Shown: positions 23,023 through 31,648, counted from the first letter of the stretch. The stretch is DNA of 64,000 nucleotides from an uncultured Chloroflexia bacterium (GCA_963779575.1 CAVZYT010000005.1:435440-499439); one strand, 5' to 3'. The notes: generated by a model from the sequence alone, not told the origin. Made by a program: numbers and translations.

Positions 23023-23872
23023 TCAGACGGGGAGGGTCGCGAGATCGCCTTCGACGATGGTGCGGTCCTCCGGCTTGGCGATCGCCGTGAGGGCGACCGC
23101 GGCCCTCGCCTTCCACTCCGCGGCACCCGTCAGGTCACCGCCGATCGCGAGCGCGCGCGCCATCGCCTCGTAGGCGGACGGGGCGTCCCAGTCCTCGATG
23201 CCCTCGCCGCCGCCGTCGACGATCTCGACGCATCGGCGGGCGTGGTACAGCGCCGGCTCGGCGCGGCCGAGGACCGCGTAGACGCGCGAGCACATCCACT
23301 GGCTGCGAGACCGGTTGGCTGCGTGCCCGACCTGGAGCCAGTGCCACGCGGACGCGTGCGCCGTCGCGATCAGCTCGTCGTCCTGGTCGCGGGTCCGGTC
23401 CTCGACCTCCATCAGATCCCAGCAGCGGTTGAACAGGCCAGCGCCGAGGGCGCGGTGCATCTCGGGCGCGAGCTCGGGGGGCGGGGGAGGCGTCGGCACG
23501 GGGATCTCCTTCGTCGTTGGATCGGGGTTCGGGTTGGTGGCGGCGAGGACGCTGAGGCGATGCAGCGCGCGCTGCAGCCTCGCGGTCCGTGCCTCGAGGC
23601 GCGATGCGCTCGTCGCGCAGGATGTCGCTGCGGGTGGCGGCGGTGTCCGAGTCGAGGAGCGCACGAATCGCCGGCAGCGACAGCTCGAGGTCCCGGAGCG
23701 CGGCGATCGCTCGTGCCGTTGCGACCTGGTCGCGCCGGTAGCGTCGATAGCCGGTGGCCGGGTCCACGTCGGCGGGCGTGAGCACGCCCTCCTCGTCGTA
23801 GTGCCGGAGGGCGCCGATCGTGAGTCCCGTCAGCCGCGCGAAGCGCCCGATGGGCAGCAGGTCGTCGTCCAT
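23023..23872 (-). CDS. MerR family regulator with an about 150-aa helical C-terminal domain of unknown function; one frameshift near 23620
   Basis: MDDDLLPIGRFARLTGLTIGALRHYDEEGVLTPADVDPATGYRRYRRDQV (HTH). The coiled-coil LEARTARLQRALHRL and FNRCWDLMEVEDRT...HASAWHWLQVG...SRVYAVLGR are in the frame of ORF 23023-23664. Confidence 0.8.
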
Positions 23873-23878
23873 GTGCGG

Positions 23879-23909
23879 ATCGTGAACCCTCGACCTACCC
23901 GAGAGTCAA
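23879..23909 (-). promoter_or_regulatory. MerR-type promoter: TTGACT - 19-nt spacer containing an imperfect dyad - CACGAT, 6 nt before the ATG (leaderless geometry)
   Basis: Minus strand reads TTGACTctcgggtaggtcgagggttCACGATccgcacATG. Dyad ACCCTCG-N7-CGAGAGT at 23886-23906. Confidence 0.45.
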
Positions 23910-24421
23910 GCGGAATTTCGCTGGGCCTCGTCGCGCGGTTGCCGCGGGTCATCGGCACACGCGCCCCGAGGACAAGCCGTGCTCTCCCCATATGCATTGC
24001 CGCCTCTTTCGAACGCCAGGGCGGCGTGCGCCCGGCCGGTGAGCTCCACATGCACATGAGCGGCGCATCGACCCATGTAGGCGGCCCGAAACGCGGGACG
24101 CGACCGTAGGCAGCATCGCGTTGTGGCGTTCCAGCCCCGGAGTTGCCCATGCGTCGATCACGCTCGCGTTCCAGGCAGTCGCTGCATGCATGGCCTGAGC
24201 GCAGGCATGCGGCCAAGGATTCGCGGCGCGGCGCCGACTGGGTCCGACGTCGCGCATGGAGACTCCGCGAGTCGCCCGCTGCATGAACCGCCGGTCAAGA
24301 GGGATGGTGCGACCGCGGGATGGACCGCGATCCGATCCTTGGCGCGTCGCCCGCGTGCAGTCGAGAAATGCAGCGACTACGGAGGGCGGGAAGAGGCGCG
24401 GAGGGCCGCGGCGACCGCCCC
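23910..24421. other. non-coding gap with a dense cluster of CATG-containing palindromes
   Basis: Nine CATG sites between 24049 and 24285, plus CATATGCAT at 23989-23997. The local ORFs have GC3 near 70%, against about 90% in neighbouring genes. Confidence 0.6.
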
Positions 24422-24700
24422 TCAGGCGTTGTCCAGCTCGCGGGAGATCGCGCGGAGGATGAAGCGCGCGGCCTCGGCCGACTTGCCGCCCAGCTTCTGG
24501 CCATCGTCCTGCTCGAGCGCCACGGACAGATCCGAGAGCATCGCGTCGAGCGCGGGCGTCTTCACGAGCGCGCCGGAGGCAAACGCGGCGTCGAGCCCGT
24601 CCGCCGCGAGCCGCGCGTTCTCGACGGCGTGTCCCTTCGCGTCCATCTGCTCGCGGAACGCGGCGCGCGCCGCGTCCGCCGCGGGACCGCTGCTCGGCAT
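24422..24700 (-). CDS. small helical hypothetical protein (92 aa)
   Basis: ORF 24422-24700. GC3 above 90%, Ala/Asp/Leu-rich helical composition, 10-nt gap from the upstream GNAT gene. Confidence 0.65.
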   Translation of the reverse strand: MPSSGPAADAARAAFREQMDAKGHAVENARLAADGLDAAFASGALVKTPALDAMLSDLSVALEQDDGQKLGGKSAEAARFILRAISRELDNA

Positions 24701-24710
24701 CGAGGCCGCC

Positions 24711-25343
24711 CTAGCCCGTGTTCTCGACCGGCACGCCCTCGCGGCTCGAGGTCGCGCGGCCTTCCGCGATCGCGCGTTCCTCCCAGCGCGCCCGCCGCCA
24801 CTCGGGCTCCAGGACGCTCATGTGGAGCTCGTCCCACCACTTGCCGTCGCGCCAGATCGCCTCGCGCGCGCGACCCTCGGTCACGAACCCGACCCGCAGG
24901 TACGCCCGGATCGCCCGCTCGTTGAACGCGAACACCGACAGCGCCACCCGGTGCAGGCCCAGCGTCGAGAACGCGTGATCGACCATCAGCCGCGTCGCCT
25001 CGCTGCCGTATCCGTGGCCCCAGGCGTCGCGCTCGCCGATCGTGATGTGGAACATGGCCGAGCCGTTGTCGCCGTCGAGCTGCGAGAACGCACACGACCC
25101 GATCAGCCGGTTCGTGTCCCGCACGTGGATGCCCATGGCCATCGAATCCGGCCCCAGCGAGCGCATCGTGAAGAAGCGCTCGACCTCCTCGGCCCGCATC
25201 GGACCATCCTGGTAGCGGGTCAGCCGGGCGACCTCGGGATCCTGGTACCAGCGCATGAAGTCACGCAGGTTCTCTCGAACGTGCCTGCGCAGGATGACGA
25301 GATCACCGTCAAGGTGATCCGGGAACCACCGGCGATGGAGCAT
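24711..25343 (-). CDS. GNAT family N-acetyltransferase (RimJ/RimL-like)
   Basis: LVILRRHVRENLRDFMRWYQDPEV...GSCAFSQLD...ITIGERDAWGHGYGSEATRLMVDHAFSTLGLHRVALSVFAFNERAIRAYLRVGF; 210 aa from the internal ATG at 25343. Confidence 0.85.
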   Translation of the reverse strand: MLHRRWFPDHLDGDLVILRRHVRENLRDFMRWYQDPEVARLTRYQDGPMRAEEVERFFTMRSLGPDSMAMGIHVRDTNRLIGSCAFSQLDGDNGSAMFHITIGERDAWGHGYGSEATRLMVDHAFSTLGLHRVALSVFAFNERAIRAYLRVGFVTEGRAREAIWRDGKWWDELHMSVLEPEWRRARWEERAIAEGRATSSREGVPVENTG

Positions 25344-25369
25344 CAACCGAACCCTATACCATCGCGAAC

Positions 25370-27079
25370 ATGCGCCGCTGGACCGAGATCGCCGTGCGCG
25401 TCGCTGCAACGAGCAAGACCTCGGAAAAGACGGCGATTCTGGCCGGGTACCTGGCGGGCCTGACCGACGACGAGCTCCCGATCGCAGCGGTCTTCCTGAC
25501 CGGCCGCCCGTTCCCCGAGGCGGACCAGCGCTCGATCGGCGTCGGCTGGTCGGGCCTCGGCGGTTCCGTGCTCCGGGTGGCCAACGCGGATCCCGAGGCC
25601 ATGCGCCGCGCCTACGACCGCTCGTCGGACGTGGCGATCGCGGTGGGGGAGGTCCTGACCGAGGCCGGTCACGCCCCCGATCCGGCAAACGAGCCGACCC
25701 TCCCGGAGACCCAGACCACCTTCGCGGCCATCGAGGCGGCCCAGGGCAACGCGGCGAAGGCGGAGCTCCTCGACGCCCTGCTCGCCAGATCCTCGCCGCT
25801 GACCGCCACCGGCATCGTCAAGGTGCTGAGCGGCGAACTTCGCATCGGCCTCCGCGAGGGGCTGCTCGAGGCGGCCATCGCCAAGGCCTTCGACCGCCCC
25901 CTGGACGCCGTCAAGCGGGCGGGCATGCTCACAGGCGACGTCGGCCGGACGGCGATGCTCGCGAAGGCGGACCGCCTGGGCGAGGCCGCGCTTGCGGTGT
26001 TCCACCCGCTCAAGTTCATGCTCGCGTCGCCCGCCGAGGACGCCGCCGAGATCATCGGCCGCCTCGGCCCCACGGTCTGGGTCGAGGACAAGTACGACGG
26101 CATTCGCGCCCAGCTGCATCGCTCCGGCGACCAGGTCCGGCTCTACTCGCGCGACCTGCACGACATCAGCGGCCAGTTCCCGGAGGTCATCGCGGGCGCG
26201 TGCGACCTGCCGTGGGCCGGCATCCTCGACGGCGAGCTGCTGGCCTGGAAGGACGGCGTCGTGCTGCCGTTCCTCCAGCTCCAGGCGCGCCTCGGGCGCA
26301 AGAACCCGTCGGCGAAGATCCGTGCCGAGATCCCGGTGATCTTCGTCGCCTGGGACGCGCTCGGGCTGGACGGGGACGGCGAGGGGAACGATGAGCGGCA
26401 GGTGATCCCGTTGCTCGAGGCGCCGCTCACCGAGCGCCGTCGCCGGCTGGAAGCCCTCGACCTCCCGCTCGCGAGCGAGGGCGGCAGCTTCGCCCTGAGC
26501 TACCTGGCCACGGTCGACTCGGTCGACGGGCTCGAGGAGGCGTTCGCGCAGGCCCGCGCCCGTCGCAACGAGGGGCTGATGGTCAAGGACCCGGACAGCC
26601 ACTATTCGCCGGGCCGCCGCGGCCTGGGCTGGTTGAAGATGAAGAAGGCGCTCGCGACGCTCGACTGCGTGGTGGTCGGTGTCGAGGTCGGGCACGGCAA
26701 GCGCCACGGCGTGCTCTCGGACTACACCTTCGCCGTGCGCGACGACGACACCGGCGCGCTCGTCACCATCGGCAAGGCGTACAGCGGCCTGACCGACGCC
26801 GAGATCGCCGACATGACGCGCTGGTTCGAGGCCCACACGATCGCCACCTACGGCCGCTACCGCCAGGTCGAGCCCACCGTCGTCGTCGAGGTCGCCTTCG
26901 ACGTGATCATGCGCTCGACCCGCCACAAGTCGGGCTTCGCCCTCCGATTCCCGCGCATCGCGCAGCTGCGCACCGACAAGCCGGCCGACGAGGTCGACAC
27001 GCTGGCGACGGTCACCCGGCTGTACGAGGGCCTCCAGCACGGCGCCGAGCATCTCGTGACGGCCGGCGCGCGACGCTAG
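25370..27079 (+). CDS. ATP-dependent DNA ligase (three-domain LigB/Lig1-like)
   Basis: Intact 569-aa ORF. Adenylation motif I VEDKYDGIRAQL, LDGELL, EGLMVKD, WLKMKK, plus an OB-fold tail. Confidence 0.9.
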   Translation: MRRWTEIAVRVAATSKTSEKTAILAGYLAGLTDDELPIAAVFLTGRPFPEADQRSIGVGWSGLGGSVLRVANADPEAMRRAYDRSSDVAIAVGEVLTEAGHAPDPANEPTLPETQTTFAAIEAAQGNAAKAELLDALLARSSPLTATGIVKVLSGELRIGLREGLLEAAIAKAFDRPLDAVKRAGMLTGDVGRTAMLAKADRLGEAALAVFHPLKFMLASPAEDAAEIIGRLGPTVWVEDKYDGIRAQLHRSGDQVRLYSRDLHDISGQFPEVIAGACDLPWAGILDGELLAWKDGVVLPFLQLQARLGRKNPSAKIRAEIPVIFVAWDALGLDGDGEGNDERQVIPLLEAPLTERRRRLEALDLPLASEGGSFALSYLATVDSVDGLEEAFAQARARRNEGLMVKDPDSHYSPGRRGLGWLKMKKALATLDCVVVGVEVGHGKRHGVLSDYTFAVRDDDTGALVTIGKAYSGLTDAEIADMTRWFEAHTIATYGRYRQVEPTVVVEVAFDVIMRSTRHKSGFALRFPRIAQLRTDKPADEVDTLATVTRLYEGLQHGAEHLVTAGARR

Positions 27080-27135
27080 CGCGTCCTCGTATGCTGCGCG
27101 AGGGCATGCGCCCGAACGCACGCAGGGAGGCATAC

Positions 27136-27738
27136 GTGTACTCGCCGTTCAGGGAGGACGCCCCGGTCGAGCTGATCCTGTACACCGACGCGCTGATGAC
27201 GCGCGGGCTCGTCCGCACCAGCCAGCACCGCGTCACCGACGTTCTCAACCACAGCGCCGACGCGTTCCTGATCCTCGAGGACGTGACCGTCGAGGAGCTC
27301 GGGCGCCGCGGCGACACGACGCGCGTCGAATATGCGCAGGTGAACCTCGACGCCGTCCTGTTCGCCGTGTCGAACACCGAGGTGCCGACCATGCCCGAGC
27401 TCCGGACGCCGAAGGAGGCGACGGAGGCGATCATCTCGGTGCCGCCGTTCAAGATCACCGGCACGATCCACCTCCTCCCGTCCGAGGGCAACCTCCGGCA
27501 CGGCCTGACGGAGCTGACCGGGCGCTTCCTGCCCGTGACCGGCGCGACGTTCTGGTCCGACCCCCTCGGCGAGCCGCGCCAGCAGGCGACGATGGTCGCC
27601 GTCAATCACCGCCGGGCGCAGATCCTCGCGCCGCACCGGGTGGTCGATCCGTGGGCCGGCCTCGACCGATCGGGCGGCGAGCCGGAGGCGACGACCCCGC
27701 CCGTCGACCCCGCGTGGCCCGGCGACACCGTCGCCTGA
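27136..27738 (+). CDS. conserved hypothetical protein
   Basis: GGGAGG lies 5 nt before GTG 27136 (ORF 27091-27738). Protein-like composition; no family recognised. Confidence 0.6.
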   Translation: MYSPFREDAPVELILYTDALMTRGLVRTSQHRVTDVLNHSADAFLILEDVTVEELGRRGDTTRVEYAQVNLDAVLFAVSNTEVPTMPELRTPKEATEAIISVPPFKITGTIHLLPSEGNLRHGLTELTGRFLPVTGATFWSDPLGEPRQQATMVAVNHRRAQILAPHRVVDPWAGLDRSGGEPEATTPPVDPAWPGDTVA

Positions 27739-27750
27739 TCGGGTGATCGC

Positions 27751-28593
27751 CTAGCGGTCGACGGGGAGGTCGAGCCGGTCGCCCCACTCGGCCCAGCCGC
27801 CGTCGTAGACGGCGACGTCCTCGTGGCCCAGCAGCGTGAGCACGTAGGCGAGCTTCGCCGCGGCGACGCCGGACCCGTCGTAGCAGACGAGGCGGCGCCC
27901 GCGGGTGATGTTCGCCCGCAGCAGCAGCGCCCGCAGGTCGCCGGCGTCGCGCAACCGCTGCGTTCCCGGCTGGTGCATCGCCGCGACCGGCATGTTGACC
28001 GCGCCCGGGATGTGGCCCAATCGTCGGACGTTGCCCTCATAGCCGTGGAACTCCGCCGGACCCCGGGCGTCGACCAGCAGCACATCGGGCACGCCGAGCA
28101 GGCCGCGGACGTCGGACGTCGTCAGCCGATCGCGCACCTGGGCGCGAGGCGTGAACGTGGCCGCCTCGACCCGCACCTCGCCGTTCGCCACCTGGTTGCC
28201 GGCCTCGACCCAGGCGGGGAAGCCGGCCTCGAGGATGCGGGCCGACTGGTAGCCGTAGGCCCGCATGCTCCACCACACGCGGGCCGCGAAGTACGAGAGC
28301 GTGTCGTCGTACAGCACGGCCGACGTCCCGTCGCCGACACCCGCCCGCGACATCGTGGCCGCCATCCGGTCCGGCGCGGCGAGCAGCAGGGCGTCACCGC
28401 CATCGGCGGCGTCGACGATCGAGGCTCGCCAGTCGATGTGGACGGCGCCCGGGATGTGCCCCGTGCCGTACAGGGTCGACGCGCTGCCGTCGGGTCGCCA
28501 GCGCACGTCGATCACGCGCAGGTCCGGCCGGCCGATGTTCTCGGCGAGCCAGTCCGGCGTGGCGATGAGCTCGGGGCGGGCGAAGCCGGCCAC
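27751..28593 (-). CDS. thiosulfate/3-mercaptopyruvate sulfurtransferase (tandem rhodanese)
   Basis: Two rhodanese halves; GHIPGAVHIDW and GHIPGAVNMP; active-site loop CYDGSGVAAA. Confidence 0.85.
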   Translation of the reverse strand: MAGFARPELIATPDWLAENIGRPDLRVIDVRWRPDGSASTLYGTGHIPGAVHIDWRASIVDAADGGDALLLAAPDRMAATMSRAGVGDGTSAVLYDDTLSYFAARVWWSMRAYGYQSARILEAGFPAWVEAGNQVANGEVRVEAATFTPRAQVRDRLTTSDVRGLLGVPDVLLVDARGPAEFHGYEGNVRRLGHIPGAVNMPVAAMHQPGTQRLRDAGDLRALLLRANITRGRRLVCYDGSGVAAAKLAYVLTLLGHEDVAVYDGGWAEWGDRLDLPVDR

Positions 28594-28637
28594 GAAGGTC
28601 CTCCGATGGGGCTGACGGTACGGACAGGCGCCGTCGA

Positions 28638-28652
28638 TATGATACGGGCGTG
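28638..28652 (+). promoter_or_regulatory. -10 box TATGAT 6 nt upstream of GTG 28650 (leaderless geometry)
   Basis: cgaTATGATacgggcGTG, read directly. Confidence 0.3.
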
Positions 28653-29900
28653 GTCTCCCCGTTCATGCCGGAGCCGGCCAAGGTGGCCGCGATCCGCGCG
28701 CTCCTGCCCGCGACGGGCGCCGGGATCTACCTGAACGCCGGGACGGCGGGGCCGATGCCGTCCGAGACCCAGCGCGCGATGGACGAGCAGGCGCAGCGTG
28801 AGCTCGCGACCGGACGCGCCCACCCGGACAAGCTGCCCGAGATCCTCGAGCGCATGGGCGAGGCGCGGGCGGCGGTCGCGGCCGTGATCGTGGCGGGCGG
28901 CGACGATGTCGCGCTCACCCACAGCGTCAGCGACGGCCTCAACCTGTTCATCAACGCGCTGCCGTGGGCGCCCGGTGACCGCGTCCTGACGACGCGCCAC
29001 GAGCATCCCGGCGGCCTGGGGCCGCTGCTCGCCCTGCGCGACCGCCTGGGCGTCGTGCTGGAGGTCGTCGACATCGGCGAGGGGGGTGACGACGAGCGCA
29101 CGGTCGCGGCGTTCCAGGCGGCCCTCGAACGGCCGGCGCGCGCGATCCTGGCCAGCCACGTCCTGTGGACCACCGGCGCCGTGCTGCCGATCCGCCGTCT
29201 CGGCGAGCTGGCGCGCGCCGCCGGGACCCTGATGATCGTCGACGGCGCGCAGGCCGCCGGGGGCACCCCCGTCGCGGTCGACGAGCTGGCCGCCGACGCC
29301 TACGCGATGGCCGGCCACAAGTGGCTGCTCGGTCCGGAGGGGATGGGCGCCCTGTGGGTCCGCCGTGACCTCGCCGCGACGCTCACCCCCGCACACGCCA
29401 CGTTCCTCTCGTACGAGACCTTCGACATCGAGCACCCGGTGCTCCGGCCCGGCGCCCGCCGGTTCGAGGCCACGAGCTTCCACCTGCCGTCGATCGTCGG
29501 CCTTGCGCGCAGCTGCGGCTGGATCTCGATGTACGTCGGGCTCCCCTGGGCCCACGAGCGCGCCGCGCGGCTGGCGGGCGCCGCGGCCGACCGCCTGACG
29601 TCGATCCCGGGCGTGAGCCTCGTGACGCCCCGCGCCCGGATGACGACCCTGGTGACGTTCCGGATCGCCGGCTGGCCGGCCTCGGCAGCGGTCGCCGAGC
29701 TCGGCTCGCGCGCGTTCGCGATCCTGCGCGACCTGCCGATGCTCGACGCGCTCCGTATCTCCGTCGGGTTCTGGACGACCGAGGAGGAGCTGGATCGCTT
29801 CGCGGAGGCCGTCGAGCTCCTCGCGGTTCACACGCCAGAGACCATCCCCCCACGCCGGACGCTCACGATCCTGGGCAGCGATGACCGGCCCCTCCGCTGA
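28650..29900 (+). CDS. class V aminotransferase / cysteine desulfurase-like PLP enzyme
   Basis: IYLNAGTAGP, THSVSDGLN, MIVDGAQAAG, PLP-lysine motif AMAGHKWLLGPEGMG. Divergent from the rhodanese gene. Confidence 0.8.
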   Translation: MVSPFMPEPAKVAAIRALLPATGAGIYLNAGTAGPMPSETQRAMDEQAQRELATGRAHPDKLPEILERMGEARAAVAAVIVAGGDDVALTHSVSDGLNLFINALPWAPGDRVLTTRHEHPGGLGPLLALRDRLGVVLEVVDIGEGGDDERTVAAFQAALERPARAILASHVLWTTGAVLPIRRLGELARAAGTLMIVDGAQAAGGTPVAVDELAADAYAMAGHKWLLGPEGMGALWVRRDLAATLTPAHATFLSYETFDIEHPVLRPGARRFEATSFHLPSIVGLARSCGWISMYVGLPWAHERAARLAGAAADRLTSIPGVSLVTPRARMTTLVTFRIAGWPASAAVAELGSRAFAILRDLPMLDALRISVGFWTTEEELDRFAEAVELLAVHTPETIPPRRTLTILGSDDRPLR

Positions 29901-30300
29901 CCACCGGCCGACGGTCGAGGTCCGGCGGCGCGGCTGGTTCGAGGTCCGCTGGCGCCAGTTCCGGCGCGCCCCGCGCCCCGTCTTCCGGGCCGTCATCGCG
30001 AGCTTGACGGTCGCCCTGCTGCTGGGCTGTGCCTTCCTCGTCTACGACATCGCGCTCGATCGGGGCGCCACACCGCCGGGCGGTGACCTGCGGCTGCTGT
30101 TCCTCACGGCATACGTCGCGATCGTGGTCGCCGCCGGCGCCCTGATCACCTGGCTCGTCGTCCCGCTGCCAACGGGCTCGGGGACCCGTCGCGCGACGCG
30201 GACGCCCTGGAGCGCCGCCCTCGGGCTGTTCGCCGCGGTACCCATCGCGTACCTTGTCCTGGTGGTGCTCCACGAGATCGTGAAGCCCCTGTTGACGTGA
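29881..30300 (+). CDS. small membrane protein
   Basis: ORF overlaps the upstream stop by 20 nt; three hydrophobic helices. Confidence 0.55.
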   Translation: MTGPSADHRPTVEVRRRGWFEVRWRQFRRAPRPVFRAVIASLTVALLLGCAFLVYDIALDRGATPPGGDLRLLFLTAYVAIVVAAGALITWLVVPLPTGSGTRRATRTPWSAALGLFAAVPIAYLVLVVLHEIVKPLLT

Positions 30301-30363
30301 CCCGGTGCGCGCTGGCCTCACCCGGGGTACGCCAATGGGCCTTTCGGGTATCGAGACGGACGC

Positions 30364-30732
30364 ATGCAGGCCCGGTATGATCCCAGCAGTCCGACAACGA
30401 GTCGGCGCTCGAGGACGCTCGTGACCAACGAACAGCAGGCACACATCGCGCTCCCGAAGCTCTACGGCGCGCCTGCGTATGCGCGTCCACCGATGCTCAC
30501 GGTTGTGACGGCGGATCGGCCGTTCGATCCGGACTCGCTGCCATTGGAGATGGAGCGGACCGACGAGGAGCGCGAGCTCAGCGTCGAGCTGGCGACCACC
30601 TCCCTGGGCACCGCGATCAGCGACACGCTGGCGTCGTCACGCGATGGTTCGTCGCAGCTGCGGGGTCGCCCCTTCCAGCTGACCGCGATCAAGCGCCGGA
30701 TACGGCGCGACGGCCAGATCACAAGGCGCTGA
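30364..30732 (+). CDS. hypothetical protein (LPKLYGAPAYARPP motif)
   Basis: ORF 30364-30732. GTG 30421 is a plausible alternative start. I recall the motif from small actinobacterial proteins. Confidence 0.5.
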   Translation: MQARYDPSSPTTSRRSRTLVTNEQQAHIALPKLYGAPAYARPPMLTVVTADRPFDPDSLPLEMERTDEERELSVELATTSLGTAISDTLASSRDGSSQLRGRPFQLTAIKRRIRRDGQITRR

Positions 30733-30784
30733 CCGGCGCTCGTCACGGCCCGATGACCGCGCCCCGCACCGGCATTGCCGCCGT

Positions 30785-30861
30785 GGGGGAGTAGCTCAAT
30801 CGGTTAGAGCAGCGGGCTTATATCCCGCCGGTTCCAGGTTCGAGTCCTGGCTCCCCTACCA
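30785..30861 (+). tRNA. tRNA-Ile, anticodon UAU
   Basis: Manual cloverleaf: GGGGGAG/ta/GCTC-aatcggtta-GAGC/a/GCGGG-cuUAUau-CCCGC/cggtt/CCAGG-ttcgagt-CCTGG/CTCCCCT/A/CCA. G1-U72 wobble, A73, encoded CCA. Confidence 0.85.
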
Positions 30862-30892
30862 CCCTCGACCGTGCGTTCACCCGTGCCCGGGT

Positions 30893-31648
30893 TCAGCTGT
30901 AGGTGGCCCCTGCGATGGTCTCGGCGAGCCCCTGGCGCCGTTCGAGGGTGAGGCCACGCTGGGCCGGCAGAGCGGCGATCCAGGCGGCCAGCTCCTTGGG
31001 CGTGAGAACGGCGCAGGCCGATGTCCGCTCGATCCCGCGCTCCTCCGTCACGATCGCGGCGTATACGCGGACCAGGAAGTCGCGCTCGTCGCTGGCGAGC
31101 CAGGTGCGGACGCGCTCGGCGTCGCGCGACGCGCGGTCGAGCGGCGCTTCGATCGGGAGCCAGCGACCGCGCTCGTCGCGAATCTCCCAGTGGCCGCCCA
31201 CGTGGCGGGTGATCTTGGCCGGCGGGACGACGGCGATGATGAGGATCCCGAACGGTCCGAGCACGAGCTCGTGGAGGCGGCGGCCACCCGGGACGATCAC
31301 ACCGGTCGCGCCCATGTACTCGGGGCCGAGGGACTTGACCAGGCGAGCGGTCGCCGTCCGCGGTCGCATCGTCGACACGGTCTCGATGATCGCGGCGATC
31401 CGGGCGACTCCGATGATCAGGAACGCGGCGGGCACGACGATGGCGAAGGCCCATGCCACGACGCTCGTCGCGGCCTCGGCGACAGACGGGCGGCCGTTGG
31501 GAACGAACGCCGTGACGAGCGTGGTCCCGAGGCACAGCCAGCCGACGAGCAGACCCACGAGGACCAGGAGTCCCGAGGTGAACGCGGAGCGCGCCACGGC
31601 GATCCGGTCAGAGCGGGTGATCTGGTTGCTGCCGGCAAGAATCTGCAT
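30893..31648 (-). CDS. membrane protein with a NERD-like (nuclease-related) domain
   Basis: Two N-terminal TM helices, then RRLHELVLGPFGILIIAVVPPAKITRHVGGHWEIRD...APLDRASRDAERVRTWL..VRVYAAIV, resembling the NERD pattern. Start at the internal ATG 31648 of ORF 30893-31912. Confidence 0.55.
   Translation of the reverse strand: MQILAGSNQITRSDRIAVARSAFTSGLLVLVGLLVGWLCLGTTLVTAFVPNGRPSVAEAATSVVAWAFAIVVPAAFLIIGVARIAAIIETVSTMRPRTATARLVKSLGPEYMGATGVIVPGGRRLHELVLGPFGILIIAVVPPAKITRHVGGHWEIRDERGRWLPIEAPLDRASRDAERVRTWLASDERDFLVRVYAAIVTEERGIERTSACAVLTPKELAAWIAALPAQRGLTLERRQGLAETIAGATYS

Noticed and set aside
23830-24284. ORFs 23830-24216(-) and 23949-24284(-) as possible genes in the CATG-rich gap
   Set aside because: GC3 is only about 70%, against about 90% for neighbouring genes. 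The composition is Cys/Arg/Trp/His-rich and no motif is recognisable. The many ATG/CAT triplets come from the CATG palindromes themselves.
24422-25343. The GNAT acetyltransferase plus the 92-aa downstream gene as a GNAT-toxin/antitoxin pair
   Set aside because: Known GNAT toxin systems have a small RHH/DUF1778 antitoxin upstream of a roughly 170-aa toxin. Here the GNAT is a 210-aa RimJ/RimL-like enzyme placed first, and the small protein shows no RHH-like N-terminus.
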